Source: Candidatus Saccharimonadota bacterium
GTDB taxonomy: Archaea; Nanobdellota; Nanobdellia; Pacearchaeales; GW2011-AR1
Assembly: GCA_017609205.1 (NCBI GenBank)
Contig: JAFCEL010000001.1
Span: 330,001 to 362,000 of the forward strand
Direction of reading: 5' to 3'
Length of the DNA: 32,000 nucleotides
Each line of letters begins with the position of its first letter. Positions within the stretch are counted from its first letter, which is position 1. Below the pieces are notes generated by a model, which was not told the origin of the DNA, did not search any database, and worked only from the letters and a program-made list of their open reading frames with translations. The translations under genes were made by a program, and so were the position numbers. Positions 1-8,736 of the stretch are shown in pieces.

Positions 1-1394
1 GTATATGGACAAACGGAATTTACATTACCAAAGATATAAGGATTTTGGGAAGCGGAATCAACTCAACCATACTGACAATGGGTTTTGCGGATAATTCTGT
101 TGAAGAAGCGTTCTTTAAATTCGTTCCAGATGCCATCTCAAGGATTAGCCTTGACTCGCTGAATGATACACATACATTTGAAGTATCAGGGATATCATTT
201 GTTTCCCATGAGAGGTTATCAAACAAGTTCGGGATATGGATACAGAATTACAATCTCCCTGTGATAAAGAGGGTTAGTATTCACAGCAATGAGTTTATCA
301 ATATTCATAGAGCAACCCAAGTAAAGGGATATGTTCATGGGGTTTTTCATCATAATGTCTTAGTAAACACAAACGGGGCATATCCGCAGGGTGCGGGGTA
401 TAGGTCATTTGAGAATGATCGCATGGAACTTGGCTCTGGTTCGGGGTGGTATATTGAAGACAACGTATTCTCTTTTGATGGTGTTGATGGTCTTGTGTGC
501 GGAGCTGGAAATGATGGTGGCGGCTATGTAGTTAGATATAATGATGTTAAAGGAACCCTTCTTGGCGGTTCTACTTATGTTGAAACACACGGTAACCAGT
601 TAAGCTACATATATGGGCCACAGATCACAGAAGTATATGGCAACGATATGCGTGCTACAGGGGTAGGAAAGGTGACTAATGTAAGGGGAGGAAAAAATCT
701 CTACTTTTTCAATGCATTTGCTGATAGTGATATGGAAATATGGGAAGAGTATAGCGACCTTGCAACATCTCCTACGAATCCAGTAGGAAGATGCCCTGAG
801 AATCAGGGCATTGAGAGGCAGACCTGCACTGAGGATTGTATATGCCAAAAAGTTCATGACTCATATTTCATAAACAACCGCTTCAATAGCAATATAATCA
901 ATGCAGTTGTTACAATGGACTTTGAGAACAGAAATGAGAATATACTAAATGAGCCACCTGAAGTAACAGAAAATATAGAATTTTTCAATTATATCGAGAG
1001 CGGTTTTGATGGATCAGAAGGTGTGGGTTGCGGAACACTTGCTGAAATGAATGAGATAACAAATTGTTCAAATGGTGTTGGTTTCTGGGTAACAAACCAA
1101 GATTGTGAAAGGGTTAGTCCAGATAATATGGGAGTAGAACCTGGTAATCCTATTAATGGCGCTTTGTATAAGTGCAAAAACAATGAATGGAAACTCTTCT
1201 ATAAACCATATATATACCCGCACCCATTAACAGTCGCACCTTTTGGCACAGAAATCTGCGGAGAAGGACAAATAACTTCGCCCTGCTGGTGTGAAGGATC
1301 TATGAGAACATCGGGTGAGTGTAATCATGGATATTATTCTGCTGGAGCGCAATGCGTCCATAAAGCAGACAGCAACTGCGACGGAACTTCATAA
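1..1394 (+). CDS. Secreted right-handed beta-helix (pectate-lyase-fold-like) protein, 5' partial
   Basis: Frame 3 has no stop between nt 3 and the TTG at 45 used by the ORF track, so the gene most likely begins upstream of the window. Gly/Asn-rich turn motifs (GSGSGWYIEDN, GAGNDGGGYVVRYND, VETHGNQ), a YIYPHPL motif and a Cys-rich C-terminus ending ..ADSNCDGTS. Fold assignment is by pattern only. Confidence 0.55.
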   Translation, partial: IWTNGIYITKDIRILGSGINSTILTMGFADNSVEEAFFKFVPDAISRISLDSLNDTHTFEVSGISFVSHERLSNKFGIWIQNYNLPVIKRVSIHSNEFINIHRATQVKGYVHGVFHHNVLVNTNGAYPQGAGYRSFENDRMELGSGSGWYIEDNVFSFDGVDGLVCGAGNDGGGYVVRYNDVKGTLLGGSTYVETHGNQLSYIYGPQITEVYGNDMRATGVGKVTNVRGGKNLYFFNAFADSDMEIWEEYSDLATSPTNPVGRCPENQGIERQTCTEDCICQKVHDSYFINNRFNSNIINAVVTMDFENRNENILNEPPEVTENIEFFNYIESGFDGSEGVGCGTLAEMNEITNCSNGVGFWVTNQDCERVSPDNMGVEPGNPINGALYKCKNNEWKLFYKPYIYPHPLTVAPFGTEICGEGQITSPCWCEGSMRTSGECNHGYYSAGAQCVHKADSNCDGTS

Positions 1395-1513
1395 AAAAGT
1401 GGAAGAAGGGTGAGGTAACAATCAGAGATGTGATTGGGGCAATGAAAAGGTGGAGGTCTGGATGATATTTTGATTTTTAAAAATTTTTTAAACTCTTTTT
1501 TTTAAGTACTTTT

Positions 1514-2314
1514 ATGTTTATCGTTAAAGTTCCTGGAATCAATGGGTTGGGGAAGACAAAAGGTTGTGAAAAAGCGCCTAATTTGATTATAGAATTTTTA
1601 AAACAGATTTATTCTAATGAGCAGAATAAAACTATTGATCCTCAACTTTTAGAGTTAGAAGAGATTCATCTTGATAATGAAGATATTGAGAAAAGTAACT
1701 ATTTGATTTATAAGAATGCTTTTGAGATATTCGAGGAAAAGCCAAAGACTGTTTTTTTAGGAGGAGACCATTCTGTAAGTTATTCATTAATTCGTGCTTT
1801 TTTTGATTTTTGTGATAGTTCTGGAAAAGAACCTTGTTTGATTGTTTTTGATGCTCATGCAGATTGTATGCCTCCAATGAAAGAGCCTACACATGAAGAA
1901 TGGTTGAGAAAGCTTATTTCAGATGGCTTTCCTACTGAGAATATTTTATTAGTTGGAAATAGGAATCTATGGAAAGAGGAAATTATCTTTTTGAATGAGA
2001 AGAAAATAAAGAGAATGTCTGTTAACCAGCTTATTGAGGATTTAGAGGAAATGTGTGAAGTAATAATGGAGTTTGCGGATGGTAAGGAACTTTATGTTTC
2101 TATTGATATAGATATGATTGATCCTGCATTTGCTCCAGGAACAGGTTATCTTGAGCCAGGAGGTTTATCTTCGAGAGAGTTTCTTTATCTAATTCAGAGA
2201 ATTAACAGAATGAAAAATTTAAGGGCAGTTGATATTATGGAAATTAATCCAGAGAAAGACGAGAAGGGTAAGACAATTAAATTAGGATCTAAGATTTTGA
2301 GCGAATTAGTATGA
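1514..2314 (+). CDS. Arginase/agmatinase-family ureohydrolase
   Basis: 266-aa ORF with the family's metal-binding motifs GGDHS, DAHAD, SIDIDMIDPAFAPGTG and EPGGL. Agmatinase versus arginase cannot be separated by eye. Confidence 0.85.
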   Translation: MFIVKVPGINGLGKTKGCEKAPNLIIEFLKQIYSNEQNKTIDPQLLELEEIHLDNEDIEKSNYLIYKNAFEIFEEKPKTVFLGGDHSVSYSLIRAFFDFCDSSGKEPCLIVFDAHADCMPPMKEPTHEEWLRKLISDGFPTENILLVGNRNLWKEEIIFLNEKKIKRMSVNQLIEDLEEMCEVIMEFADGKELYVSIDIDMIDPAFAPGTGYLEPGGLSSREFLYLIQRINRMKNLRAVDIMEINPEKDEKGKTIKLGSKILSELV

Positions 2315-2847
2315 CGAGGTGTTTTATTTCTGTTGATCTTCCAAGAGGGGTTCAGAAAGAAGTGGAAAAGATTCAGGATAATCTTCCTATGTTTTATGGA
2401 AAATTAACTAAGCCAGAAAATTTGCATTTGACTTTAAAATTTCTTGGAGAAATTGATGAAGAAAATATTGAAAAGACCAAAGAAAAATTAAGAGCAATCA
2501 AATTTCCAAAATTTAAAATTACTCTCGGTAATATTGGTGTTTTTTCTGAGAAATTTATTAGGATTGTTTGGTTGCATTTGAATGGAGTAGAGGAATTGCA
2601 AAAGGTAATTGATGAAAGATTAAAAGATTTGTTTGAGCCTGAAAGGAGATTTATGAGTCATTTGACAATTGCAAGAATTAAAAAAATTCCTAATAAAGAT
2701 AATTTTTTAGAAAAATTGAGAGAACTCCAAATACCTAATGTATCTTTTATTGCAGATACTTTTAAATTAAAATCATCTCTTCTAACTTCAGAAGGGCCTG
2801 TATATAATACTATTGAAGAATATTCCTTATCTGAAGAAAAACAATAA
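2311..2847 (+). CDS. thpR: 2H phosphoesterase (RNA 2',3'-cyclic phosphodiesterase / 2'-5' RNA ligase family)
   Basis: 178 aa with the two H-x-T-x motifs (HLTLKFLG and HLTIARIK). ATGA overlap with the upstream ureohydrolase gene (2311-2314) implies translational coupling. Confidence 0.8.
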   Translation: MTRCFISVDLPRGVQKEVEKIQDNLPMFYGKLTKPENLHLTLKFLGEIDEENIEKTKEKLRAIKFPKFKITLGNIGVFSEKFIRIVWLHLNGVEELQKVIDERLKDLFEPERRFMSHLTIARIKKIPNKDNFLEKLRELQIPNVSFIADTFKLKSSLLTSEGPVYNTIEEYSLSEEKQ

Positions 2848-2933
2848 CCCTATTTAGAATGGTTTGTATAATTAAATAATTTTTGTTTAACCTATTCTTT
2901 GTATTTTAGATTTTTTTAAAAAGAGGTTTTTTT

Positions 2934-3212
2934 ATGTTCTTCTTAATGGAGAGAGAAATACTTGAAGAATATTTGTTAAGATGTTCTGAAATATGCGAGC
3001 GTGGGGGTTATACAGCATTGTCTTCTAGTTTTGATAGAATAAAAGGTTTTCTGGTTATTTCTTTTCCTTTTGAGAAAATTGAAAAATTGCTCGATTCTTA
3101 TTTAAGAGTGACTTTGGAGTATTGTGAGGAGCTAATGAAAGATGGAACAAGAATTTTTGGTTGGGATGATATTAATGAGTCGATGTTGAGAGAAAGGCTA
3201 AAAAAGATTTAA
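2934..3212 (+). CDS. Hypothetical small protein
   Basis: 92-aa ORF with ordinary composition and no recognisable motif. Its stop lies 1 nt from the stop of the convergent nuclease gene. Confidence 0.4.
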   Translation: MFFLMEREILEEYLLRCSEICERGGYTALSSSFDRIKGFLVISFPFEKIEKLLDSYLRVTLEYCEELMKDGTRIFGWDDINESMLRERLKKI

Positions 3213-3213
3213 T

Positions 3214-3897
3214 TTAATATTTTTCTTCAAGCAACATAAAGATCTCTGCTTTTTTTCCAATTATTTTTTTTAATTCTTCTTGTGGAGCAGAAAAAATGTT
3301 CTGGAGGGTTTCTAATTTTTCCAAAAGTTTTTTTGCTGTTTTTGGACCAATTCCAGGAAAACCTTCTAAAATGAACTGTATCTGCTCTTTTTTATCAGCT
3401 GTTTTTTTCTTGACTTTCATTGATATTTCTTTTTTTCTCTTTTTTGCAAGAATTGAAATAAATTTCGAAGTATCTTCTGAATTCTTGGTAAATATTATTG
3501 GGATTTTATGATTTAATACAATCGAAAGTAAAAAACTTCTTAGGGCATTCCCATTTATTCCCTCATTTGAATCGTTGTAAATCTCTTCCTGTTCAATTCC
3601 CTCGATAATTAATAATTTATTTTCATATTGTTGCAGTTCTTCTAGTTGTTTCACTAATCTTTTATTTATCATGGAAATTTTAAAATCTGAAATCGTTTTT
3701 CTTTCAATTGCGATATCTTTTACAATATAGTCTGCTACTTTTAGTTCTTTGAAATCAATTTCAAACCCTAATTTTTTGAGATGTGCGGGGACAAGTGAGT
3801 TTTTCTCACGATAATCAATTAAGATTTTTTGATTTTGTTGTTCTGTTATTTTTCTTTTCTTTTTTAATTGGAATATGTCGTGAAATGTGGGATTCAT
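3214..3897 (-). CDS. ERCC4-type nuclease (XPF/Hef nuclease domain) with C-terminal HhH2
   Basis: ERCC4 signature (IDYREK ... ADYIVKDIAIERKTISDF) followed by a helix-hairpin-helix pair (GFPGIGPKTAKKLLEKL...). Lies 4 nt downstream of the Hef-like helicase gene. Confidence 0.85.
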   Translation of the reverse strand: MNPTFHDIFQLKKKRKITEQQNQKILIDYREKNSLVPAHLKKLGFEIDFKELKVADYIVKDIAIERKTISDFKISMINKRLVKQLEELQQYENKLLIIEGIEQEEIYNDSNEGINGNALRSFLLSIVLNHKIPIIFTKNSEDTSKFISILAKKRKKEISMKVKKKTADKKEQIQFILEGFPGIGPKTAKKLLEKLETLQNIFSAPQEELKKIIGKKAEIFMLLEEKY

Positions 3898-3901
3898 TCT
3901 A

Positions 3902-5452
3902 TTATAACTCTCCTTGAATTTCTTTTTTATTCAATTTTCCATTATCGAGATCCTCTTTAACTTCATCAATTACTTTTTGCATTTTTTTCTCCCTACTTCG
4001 CGACGCATAATAGAATGTTTGATCACGTGTTCCTTTTGTTATTAAAATTATTAATTTCCCTTTCATTAGTCTTGCTGTTCGTCCTGCACGTTGAATTGCA
4101 CGAATTGCTGATGGAATTGGTTCATAAAAAATCACAGCATTAACTTCTGGAATATCAAGACCTTCTTCTGCAATGCATGTTGCTACTAAAATATTTATTT
4201 TATTTTCTGAGAAATCTTCAATTATTCTTTTTTGTTCTTTTTGACTCAAACCTGTTCCTGATTTTTTTGCTTGCCCCACAAAAACCTTTGCTTTTATTCC
4301 TTCAATTTTATTCAATTCTTCAGCGATTTTTTTTGCACTGTCTCTAAATTGTGTAAATATAATTGTTTTTGAATTCTTTTCCCTATCTTTTTCTCGTCGA
4401 ATAATCTCTATTAATTTTTTTAATTTAGGATGTTCTTGATTTTTTGCAAGAAGTTCATTTGATTGCATGAATACGTAGTTGAATTCAGGCTTTGCTACTA
4501 GTCTAACAATGCCTCTGCTTTTTTTCTTTGCTGCTTCGTCAAATAGTTTTTTAAGATATTTGTTAAAACTCTTTAATGTTTGAGTTTCTAACAATTCTAG
4601 TGCATGTTGAATTTTGATTGCTTGTGCACATGCACTTACTCCTAGAAAATAATTGAAGTTTTTATTCCCTCTGACGATTCCCCTCATCATTTCATTCTGC
4701 AATTGAATAAGTTTTATTTTTGAAGCAGGCCCAAATAAGACTTTTCTATTTCTTAACTCTTCTACATATCTGTTAAATAATTTTATAAGAACATGTTTCA
4801 TTTCTTCAAATTCTGGAGGGAAAAAGACATTTATTTTTTCAAATTCTATTTCTTGGAGGTATCTCTTTACATCATCGCTGTTTCTTGTTCTTAATTCAAC
4901 TTTTTCTATTGAAAGATTCTTGCAGATTTCTTTTATTTTTGTTGAATCGCTTCCTGGCGACGCTGTTAATCCTAAAATTCTGGGATGAATTGCTTGTTCT
5001 TTATATTTTTTCGCGACATAATTATAATCATAATTTCTTATACATCTATGTGCTTCATCTTCAATCAAGAGGCATACTTCTTTAAGGTTATAGAGTCCTT
5101 TTTTCAAGTCATTTGCAATACATTGGGGTGTTGATAGGATTATATCTGCAGTTTCCCAGATTTTTTTCCTTTGATTTGCGTTTATTGCTCCTGTAAATAA
5201 TTGAATACTCCCAAATAATTCAGGAAGGTATTTTTTGAAGGATTCAAGATGCTGTTCTGCAAGAGGTTTTGTTGGAGCTAGGAAAATTACTTTTTCTCTT
5301 GGAAATTTTTTTATTCTGTCAATTGTGAGCATAATTGCAATAAGGGTTTTTCCAATCCCTGTAGGAAGCACTACAAGACAATTATATTTAGAGCAGGTTT
5401 CGAAGATTTTTTGCTGATATTCTCGTGGTTCAATATCTTTTAGAAATTCCAT
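3902..5452 (-). CDS. hef: Hef/FANCM-like SF2 DEAH helicase (helicase part only)
   Basis: Walker A LPTGIGKT, DEAH box (IEDEAHRC), motif III GLTASPG and motif VI IQRAGRTAR. Synteny with the ERCC4 nuclease immediately downstream. Confidence 0.85.
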   Translation of the reverse strand: MEFLKDIEPREYQQKIFETCSKYNCLVVLPTGIGKTLIAIMLTIDRIKKFPREKVIFLAPTKPLAEQHLESFKKYLPELFGSIQLFTGAINANQRKKIWETADIILSTPQCIANDLKKGLYNLKEVCLLIEDEAHRCIRNYDYNYVAKKYKEQAIHPRILGLTASPGSDSTKIKEICKNLSIEKVELRTRNSDDVKRYLQEIEFEKINVFFPPEFEEMKHVLIKLFNRYVEELRNRKVLFGPASKIKLIQLQNEMMRGIVRGNKNFNYFLGVSACAQAIKIQHALELLETQTLKSFNKYLKKLFDEAAKKKSRGIVRLVAKPEFNYVFMQSNELLAKNQEHPKLKKLIEIIRREKDREKNSKTIIFTQFRDSAKKIAEELNKIEGIKAKVFVGQAKKSGTGLSQKEQKRIIEDFSENKINILVATCIAEEGLDIPEVNAVIFYEPIPSAIRAIQRAGRTARLMKGKLIILITKGTRDQTFYYASRSREKKMQKVIDEVKEDLDNGKLNKKEIQGEL

Positions 5453-5483
5453 CTAAATTAAACTTTTTTTGAGTTAAATAATT

Positions 5484-6122
5484 TTAGATAATTAAAAACA
5501 CTGCTGCTAGAAGAACTGCTGCTGAAACTGCCCATAGGGTTTGATGTGCGAAAAATATTTTTGTTCCGTCTAAATCTGAGATAGGGATTGTGTTATAAAA
5601 TGCGTACAAAATGTTTAGTTTTGCAAATTCGTAGAGTCCTATTTTCATCCCAATTATTCCAGCGGCAAGGTTTGCAGCAAGCCCAACTATAGCAATTATG
5701 CCTGTTTGCCACTCTGTTATTTCTGAAAAACTATAATTTGTTTTATCATGCCTTCTTGCTGCTTTATAAATTGGTGTTTTTGGGTCAAAAGTTAAGCAAG
5801 CCATCCATTTTATCCATCCGAGACTAAATACAGTTGTTATTATTGGGAAAATAATCCCTATGGGAAAGGGTTTCTGAAAATAAAAATGTGCTTTATACCA
5901 ATATCTTTTAATTTCCCATAATTTTATTTCTATTTCTGAGTCATAATAATATGCTGCAATTTTTTTTCCTAAAATATTGATTGATATGATAATGAAAATT
6001 GCTAAAAGAGTGTAAAGAAAGATTTCTAATGTTTCTAGGAGGCTTATCACGAATGACAAAATAAGAGATGCGGCGAGAATTGAACCTATTTCTTTCTTTT
6101 TTATCTTTATTCTTTTTAACAT
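5484..6122 (-). CDS. Polytopic membrane protein, M50/site-2-protease-like but lacking HExxH
   Basis: Multiple hydrophobic helices. C-terminal NTIPISDLDG matches the N-x2-P-x3-LDG motif of S2P proteases. The region where HExxH is expected reads NILGKKIAA. Confidence 0.5.
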   Translation of the reverse strand: MLKRIKIKKKEIGSILAASLILSFVISLLETLEIFLYTLLAIFIIISINILGKKIAAYYYDSEIEIKLWEIKRYWYKAHFYFQKPFPIGIIFPIITTVFSLGWIKWMACLTFDPKTPIYKAARRHDKTNYSFSEITEWQTGIIAIVGLAANLAAGIIGMKIGLYEFAKLNILYAFYNTIPISDLDGTKIFFAHQTLWAVSAAVLLAAVFLII

Positions 6123-6228
6123 CTATTATTAGTTAAAATTTTTTTATAAATATTCCCTTATGTATTGTATTTTAAAATAACTATTAGATAAAGGAAAACT
6201 ATTTAAATATGTTACAATATTTTTACCT

Positions 6229-6507
6229 ATGAGGATAAAAAGGATTACAGATACTCTTGGAACAAAAGTTTATACTGATTCAGGAGATTTTTTTGGAGAG
6301 GTCGAAGAATTGAATTTGCAGGAGAATCGAATTGTTGGGTGGAGAATTAAAGTCGGAGGAAAAATTATGTCTTTGATTGGTGGTGCTAAAGGAGTGATTA
6401 TCCCCCACCATTTTGTAAAAGCAATTAGTGATATTTTAATAATAAATAAGTCTGCTATTCCAAGTCATGATTCAGATGTGGAAAATCTTTCAGAGGATTT
6501 GGCTTAG
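6229..6507 (+). CDS. PRC-barrel domain protein
   Basis: 92 aa. LGTKVYTDSGDFFGEVEELNLQENRIVGWRI...GVIIPHHFV matches the usual small archaeal PRC-barrel pattern. TATA-like atttaaatat at 6201-6210. Confidence 0.7.
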   Translation: MRIKRITDTLGTKVYTDSGDFFGEVEELNLQENRIVGWRIKVGGKIMSLIGGAKGVIIPHHFVKAISDILIINKSAIPSHDSDVENLSEDLA

Positions 6508-6540
6508 AAAATTATTAAAAGAGATTAAATTTAATTAAAT

Positions 6541-7035
6541 ATGGCTGAAACTACAATTTTGCAACATTGGTTGTTTACAAAATTTGCTTTTCCTTTTCTG
6601 CTAGTATTTTTTATCTTATTCGCGATTCTTGAAAAAACAAAAATCTTTGGAGAAGATAAAAAACAACTTAATGCTCTTTTATCTTTTGTTGTATCTCTTA
6701 TTTTTGTAGGTGCTGTTTTTCCAAAGCTTGTTGTTGAAAATCTGATTCTGTTTTTGACTGTTGCAATTGTGATTGTTTTTGTAGGATTACTTTTGTGGGG
6801 GTTTATAATTGGTGGTGACGCTAAAATTAGCAATGACGCAGTAAAATGGGTTTTTGGAGTTGTTCTTGTATTGATTCTTATTGGGGCTGTCTTGTGGGCA
6901 ACTGGTGTATCTGGTACTGTATTTAATTTCTTTACAGGAGGAATTCTTGGAAAATCTTTTTGGACCAATCTTATTTTTATAATTGTAATTGCGGCTGCAT
7001 TAGCTGTTGTGCTGAAGGCTGGAAAGGGTAGTTAA
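6541..7035 (+). CDS. Integral membrane protein (paralogue of 7074-7604)
   Basis: Four or five hydrophobic helices. Shares the block FPFLLVFFILFAILEKTKIFGEDKKQLNALLSFVVSLIFV with FFSYILPFLLIFAIVFGVLSKIKALGENKAVNAIIALVVGLIAV of the next gene. Confidence 0.7.
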   Translation: MAETTILQHWLFTKFAFPFLLVFFILFAILEKTKIFGEDKKQLNALLSFVVSLIFVGAVFPKLVVENLILFLTVAIVIVFVGLLLWGFIIGGDAKISNDAVKWVFGVVLVLILIGAVLWATGVSGTVFNFFTGGILGKSFWTNLIFIIVIAAALAVVLKAGKGS

Positions 7036-7073
7036 GCAGAAACATATTTAAAGAATATTTCTTAATTTATCTT

Positions 7074-7604
7074 ATGCTTGAAATATTAAATCTTGTTTCA
7101 TACGGTGCTTATGGGGGGGCTGTTGGAGAGTTGTTTCAGCAATGGGAGCAGATGGGTTTCTTTTCTTATATTCTTCCTTTTCTTCTAATTTTTGCAATTG
7201 TGTTTGGTGTTTTGTCTAAAATAAAGGCTCTTGGAGAGAATAAAGCAGTCAATGCAATTATTGCTTTGGTGGTTGGTTTGATTGCAGTGAATATTGATTT
7301 TGTTCCGTTATTTTTTTCAACAATTTTTCCTCAGTTGGGGGTTGGTCTGGCAATTATGCTTGTAGCAGTGATTTTATTGGAGTTCTTTTTTGTTAGGGAA
7401 GATGCGAATAAGAATTCTTGGGTAAATTATGTTTATTTTGGTATTGGAGCAATTATCTTTTTAGTTATTTTATCTAAATCTTCTGATTATTTTGGAGGTT
7501 TTGGTTCTTCTTGGTGGAGTGAATATTGGCCTTTAATTATAGGGGTGGTATTTATTATTACTGTTATTTCAATTATTGCTCGTTCTGGAGAACAACAATC
7601 TTGA
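7074..7604 (+). CDS. Integral membrane protein (paralogue of 6541-7035)
   Basis: Same helix-LxK-x-x-x-G-E-[DN]-K-helix block as the preceding gene. Polytopic. Confidence 0.7.
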   Translation: MLEILNLVSYGAYGGAVGELFQQWEQMGFFSYILPFLLIFAIVFGVLSKIKALGENKAVNAIIALVVGLIAVNIDFVPLFFSTIFPQLGVGLAIMLVAVILLEFFFVREDANKNSWVNYVYFGIGAIIFLVILSKSSDYFGGFGSSWWSEYWPLIIGVVFIITVISIIARSGEQQS

Positions 7605-8297
7605 TTAATTCGCTTTTTTTGAAGAAGCCCTCTTTTTGACTTTAGGATTTTTGATTTGTGTTGAAGGAGTATTATTTAAGGGTGGTTTTTGGTAATTTTG
7701 TATTTGGGAAGTCTTATCTGCAAGTTGATTAATTGATTTTCCAAAAGTGTCCTGCATCATTTGCATTTCGTTTTTGATACTTTGAAGATTATTCCCGTAT
7801 TCACCTATCTTTTCGAGAATAGCTGATTGTAGTTTATCAATTGTTAATTCAATTCTTTTTAGTCTTTCGTTGATATTTTCAATTCTTGATTGACTTAAAT
7901 TTTTAAATTCATTCAGGATATCCATTTGTTTTTGGATTGTTTTTATCTTCTCGAGGAATATTTGTTCTGCTATTTCTATGATTGTGTCTGTGTCAACCCC
8001 ACTACTATAACTACCATATTGCTCTTGTGGATAATATTCTTCTTGAGGAAAATATGTTTCTTGTTGCTCTTGTGGATAATATTCTTGAGTTTCTTCTTGT
8101 GGTTGGGGATTATAGATGTCTTCGTTTCTTTCCTGAAATTTTTCTTTTTCATTTGATACAGCATTTTTTATTCTAGACTGGTCTAGCGCATCATTAATCT
8201 CTTTGGGGGTGATGCCTTTTTCTTTTAATGCTTTTATTATTTCGTTGTCGGTTTTTCCCTGTTTTTTCATTTGCATAACTTCATCTAGTGTTGTCAT
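7605..8297 (-). CDS. Coiled-coil protein with a Q/E/Y/P-rich repeat linker
   Basis: 230 aa. Small N-terminal helical domain (MQMKKQGKTDNEIIKALKEKGITPKEINDAL), then the linker QEYYPQEQQETYFPQEEYYPQEQ, then a long heptad-like region (ENINERLKRIELTIDKLQSAILEKI) and a basic tail. No family recognised. Confidence 0.6.
   Translation of the reverse strand: MTTLDEVMQMKKQGKTDNEIIKALKEKGITPKEINDALDQSRIKNAVSNEKEKFQERNEDIYNPQPQEETQEYYPQEQQETYFPQEEYYPQEQYGSYSSGVDTDTIIEIAEQIFLEKIKTIQKQMDILNEFKNLSQSRIENINERLKRIELTIDKLQSAILEKIGEYGNNLQSIKNEMQMMQDTFGKSINQLADKTSQIQNYQKPPLNNTPSTQIKNPKVKKRASSKKAN
8019..8086 (-). repeat. Intragenic 45-nt-period direct repeat (ttgctcttgtggataatattctt x2)
   Basis: About 23 nt are identical at 8019-8041 and 8064-8086. 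On the minus strand this encodes the EEYYPQEQ / QEYYPQEQ linker of the 7605-8297 protein. Confidence 0.8.
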
Positions 8298-8298
8298 T

Positions 8299-8643
8299 TT
8301 ATATTAAATTCTTTAATTCAGATTTTCTTACGAATTCGAGGGGTTGGAACATTTTTGCCTGTTTTTTTAGAATTTCTAAATCTTCTTTTTTTGCAAATTT
8401 GGAAAACTCTTTTGAGGCCGTTTCTAAAAAAGAAATTAACCTTTCCATATTTTTTTGTATTGTTTCTATTTGTTTTTTTAATTCTATTATCTCTTGTTCT
8501 TGTTTTTCTTTTATTTCAATAAGATTCTCACCTATTAAAAGAAGGCGATTTTTTAGAATTTTCTGTTTTTCTTCTACATCTTTTATACGGGAATTTATCT
8601 CATTAAAGTATTGTCCAGAATAATCTACCTCTTCTTTAGCCAT
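8299..8643 (-). CDS. Small coiled-coil protein
   Basis: 114 aa, K/E/I/L-rich heptad-like sequence. Sits 1 nt upstream of 7605-8297 on the same strand. The overlapping + strand ORF is F/S-rich, typical of an antisense shadow. Confidence 0.6.
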   Translation of the reverse strand: MAKEEVDYSGQYFNEINSRIKDVEEKQKILKNRLLLIGENLIEIKEKQEQEIIELKKQIETIQKNMERLISFLETASKEFSKFAKKEDLEILKKQAKMFQPLEFVRKSELKNLI

Positions 8644-8736
8644 AATTGATTTAAGTTAAGAGGGTTTAAATTTGTTTCCACAATTCTTATAACCTAACTA
8701 CACAAAATAATTTAAACTTCTTCAACGTTTTTTTTT

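Noticed and set aside
1390-1402. An A6 homopolymer (1393-1398) as the cause of the frame break at the end of the first ORF
   Set aside because: The TAA stop (1392-1394) begins before the run ends. Any indel restoring the downstream frame must therefore lie at or before about 1391, so the homopolymer itself cannot explain it.
6531-6968. 145-aa minus-strand ORF overlapping 6541-7035
   Set aside because: It has T/P/K-rich low-complexity composition. The + strand ORF is a coherent polytopic membrane protein with a paralogue next door.
7926-8176. Three short ORFs (both strands) over the 45-nt repeat region
   Set aside because: They lie inside the 7605-8297 gene and are generated by the repetitive Q/E/Y/P linker sequence.
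8288-8623. 111-aa + strand ORF overlapping 8299-8643
   Set aside because: Its F/S/C-rich sequence is typical of the antisense of K/E-rich coiled-coil coding sequence. The minus-strand ORF is co-directional and tightly spaced with 7605-8297.
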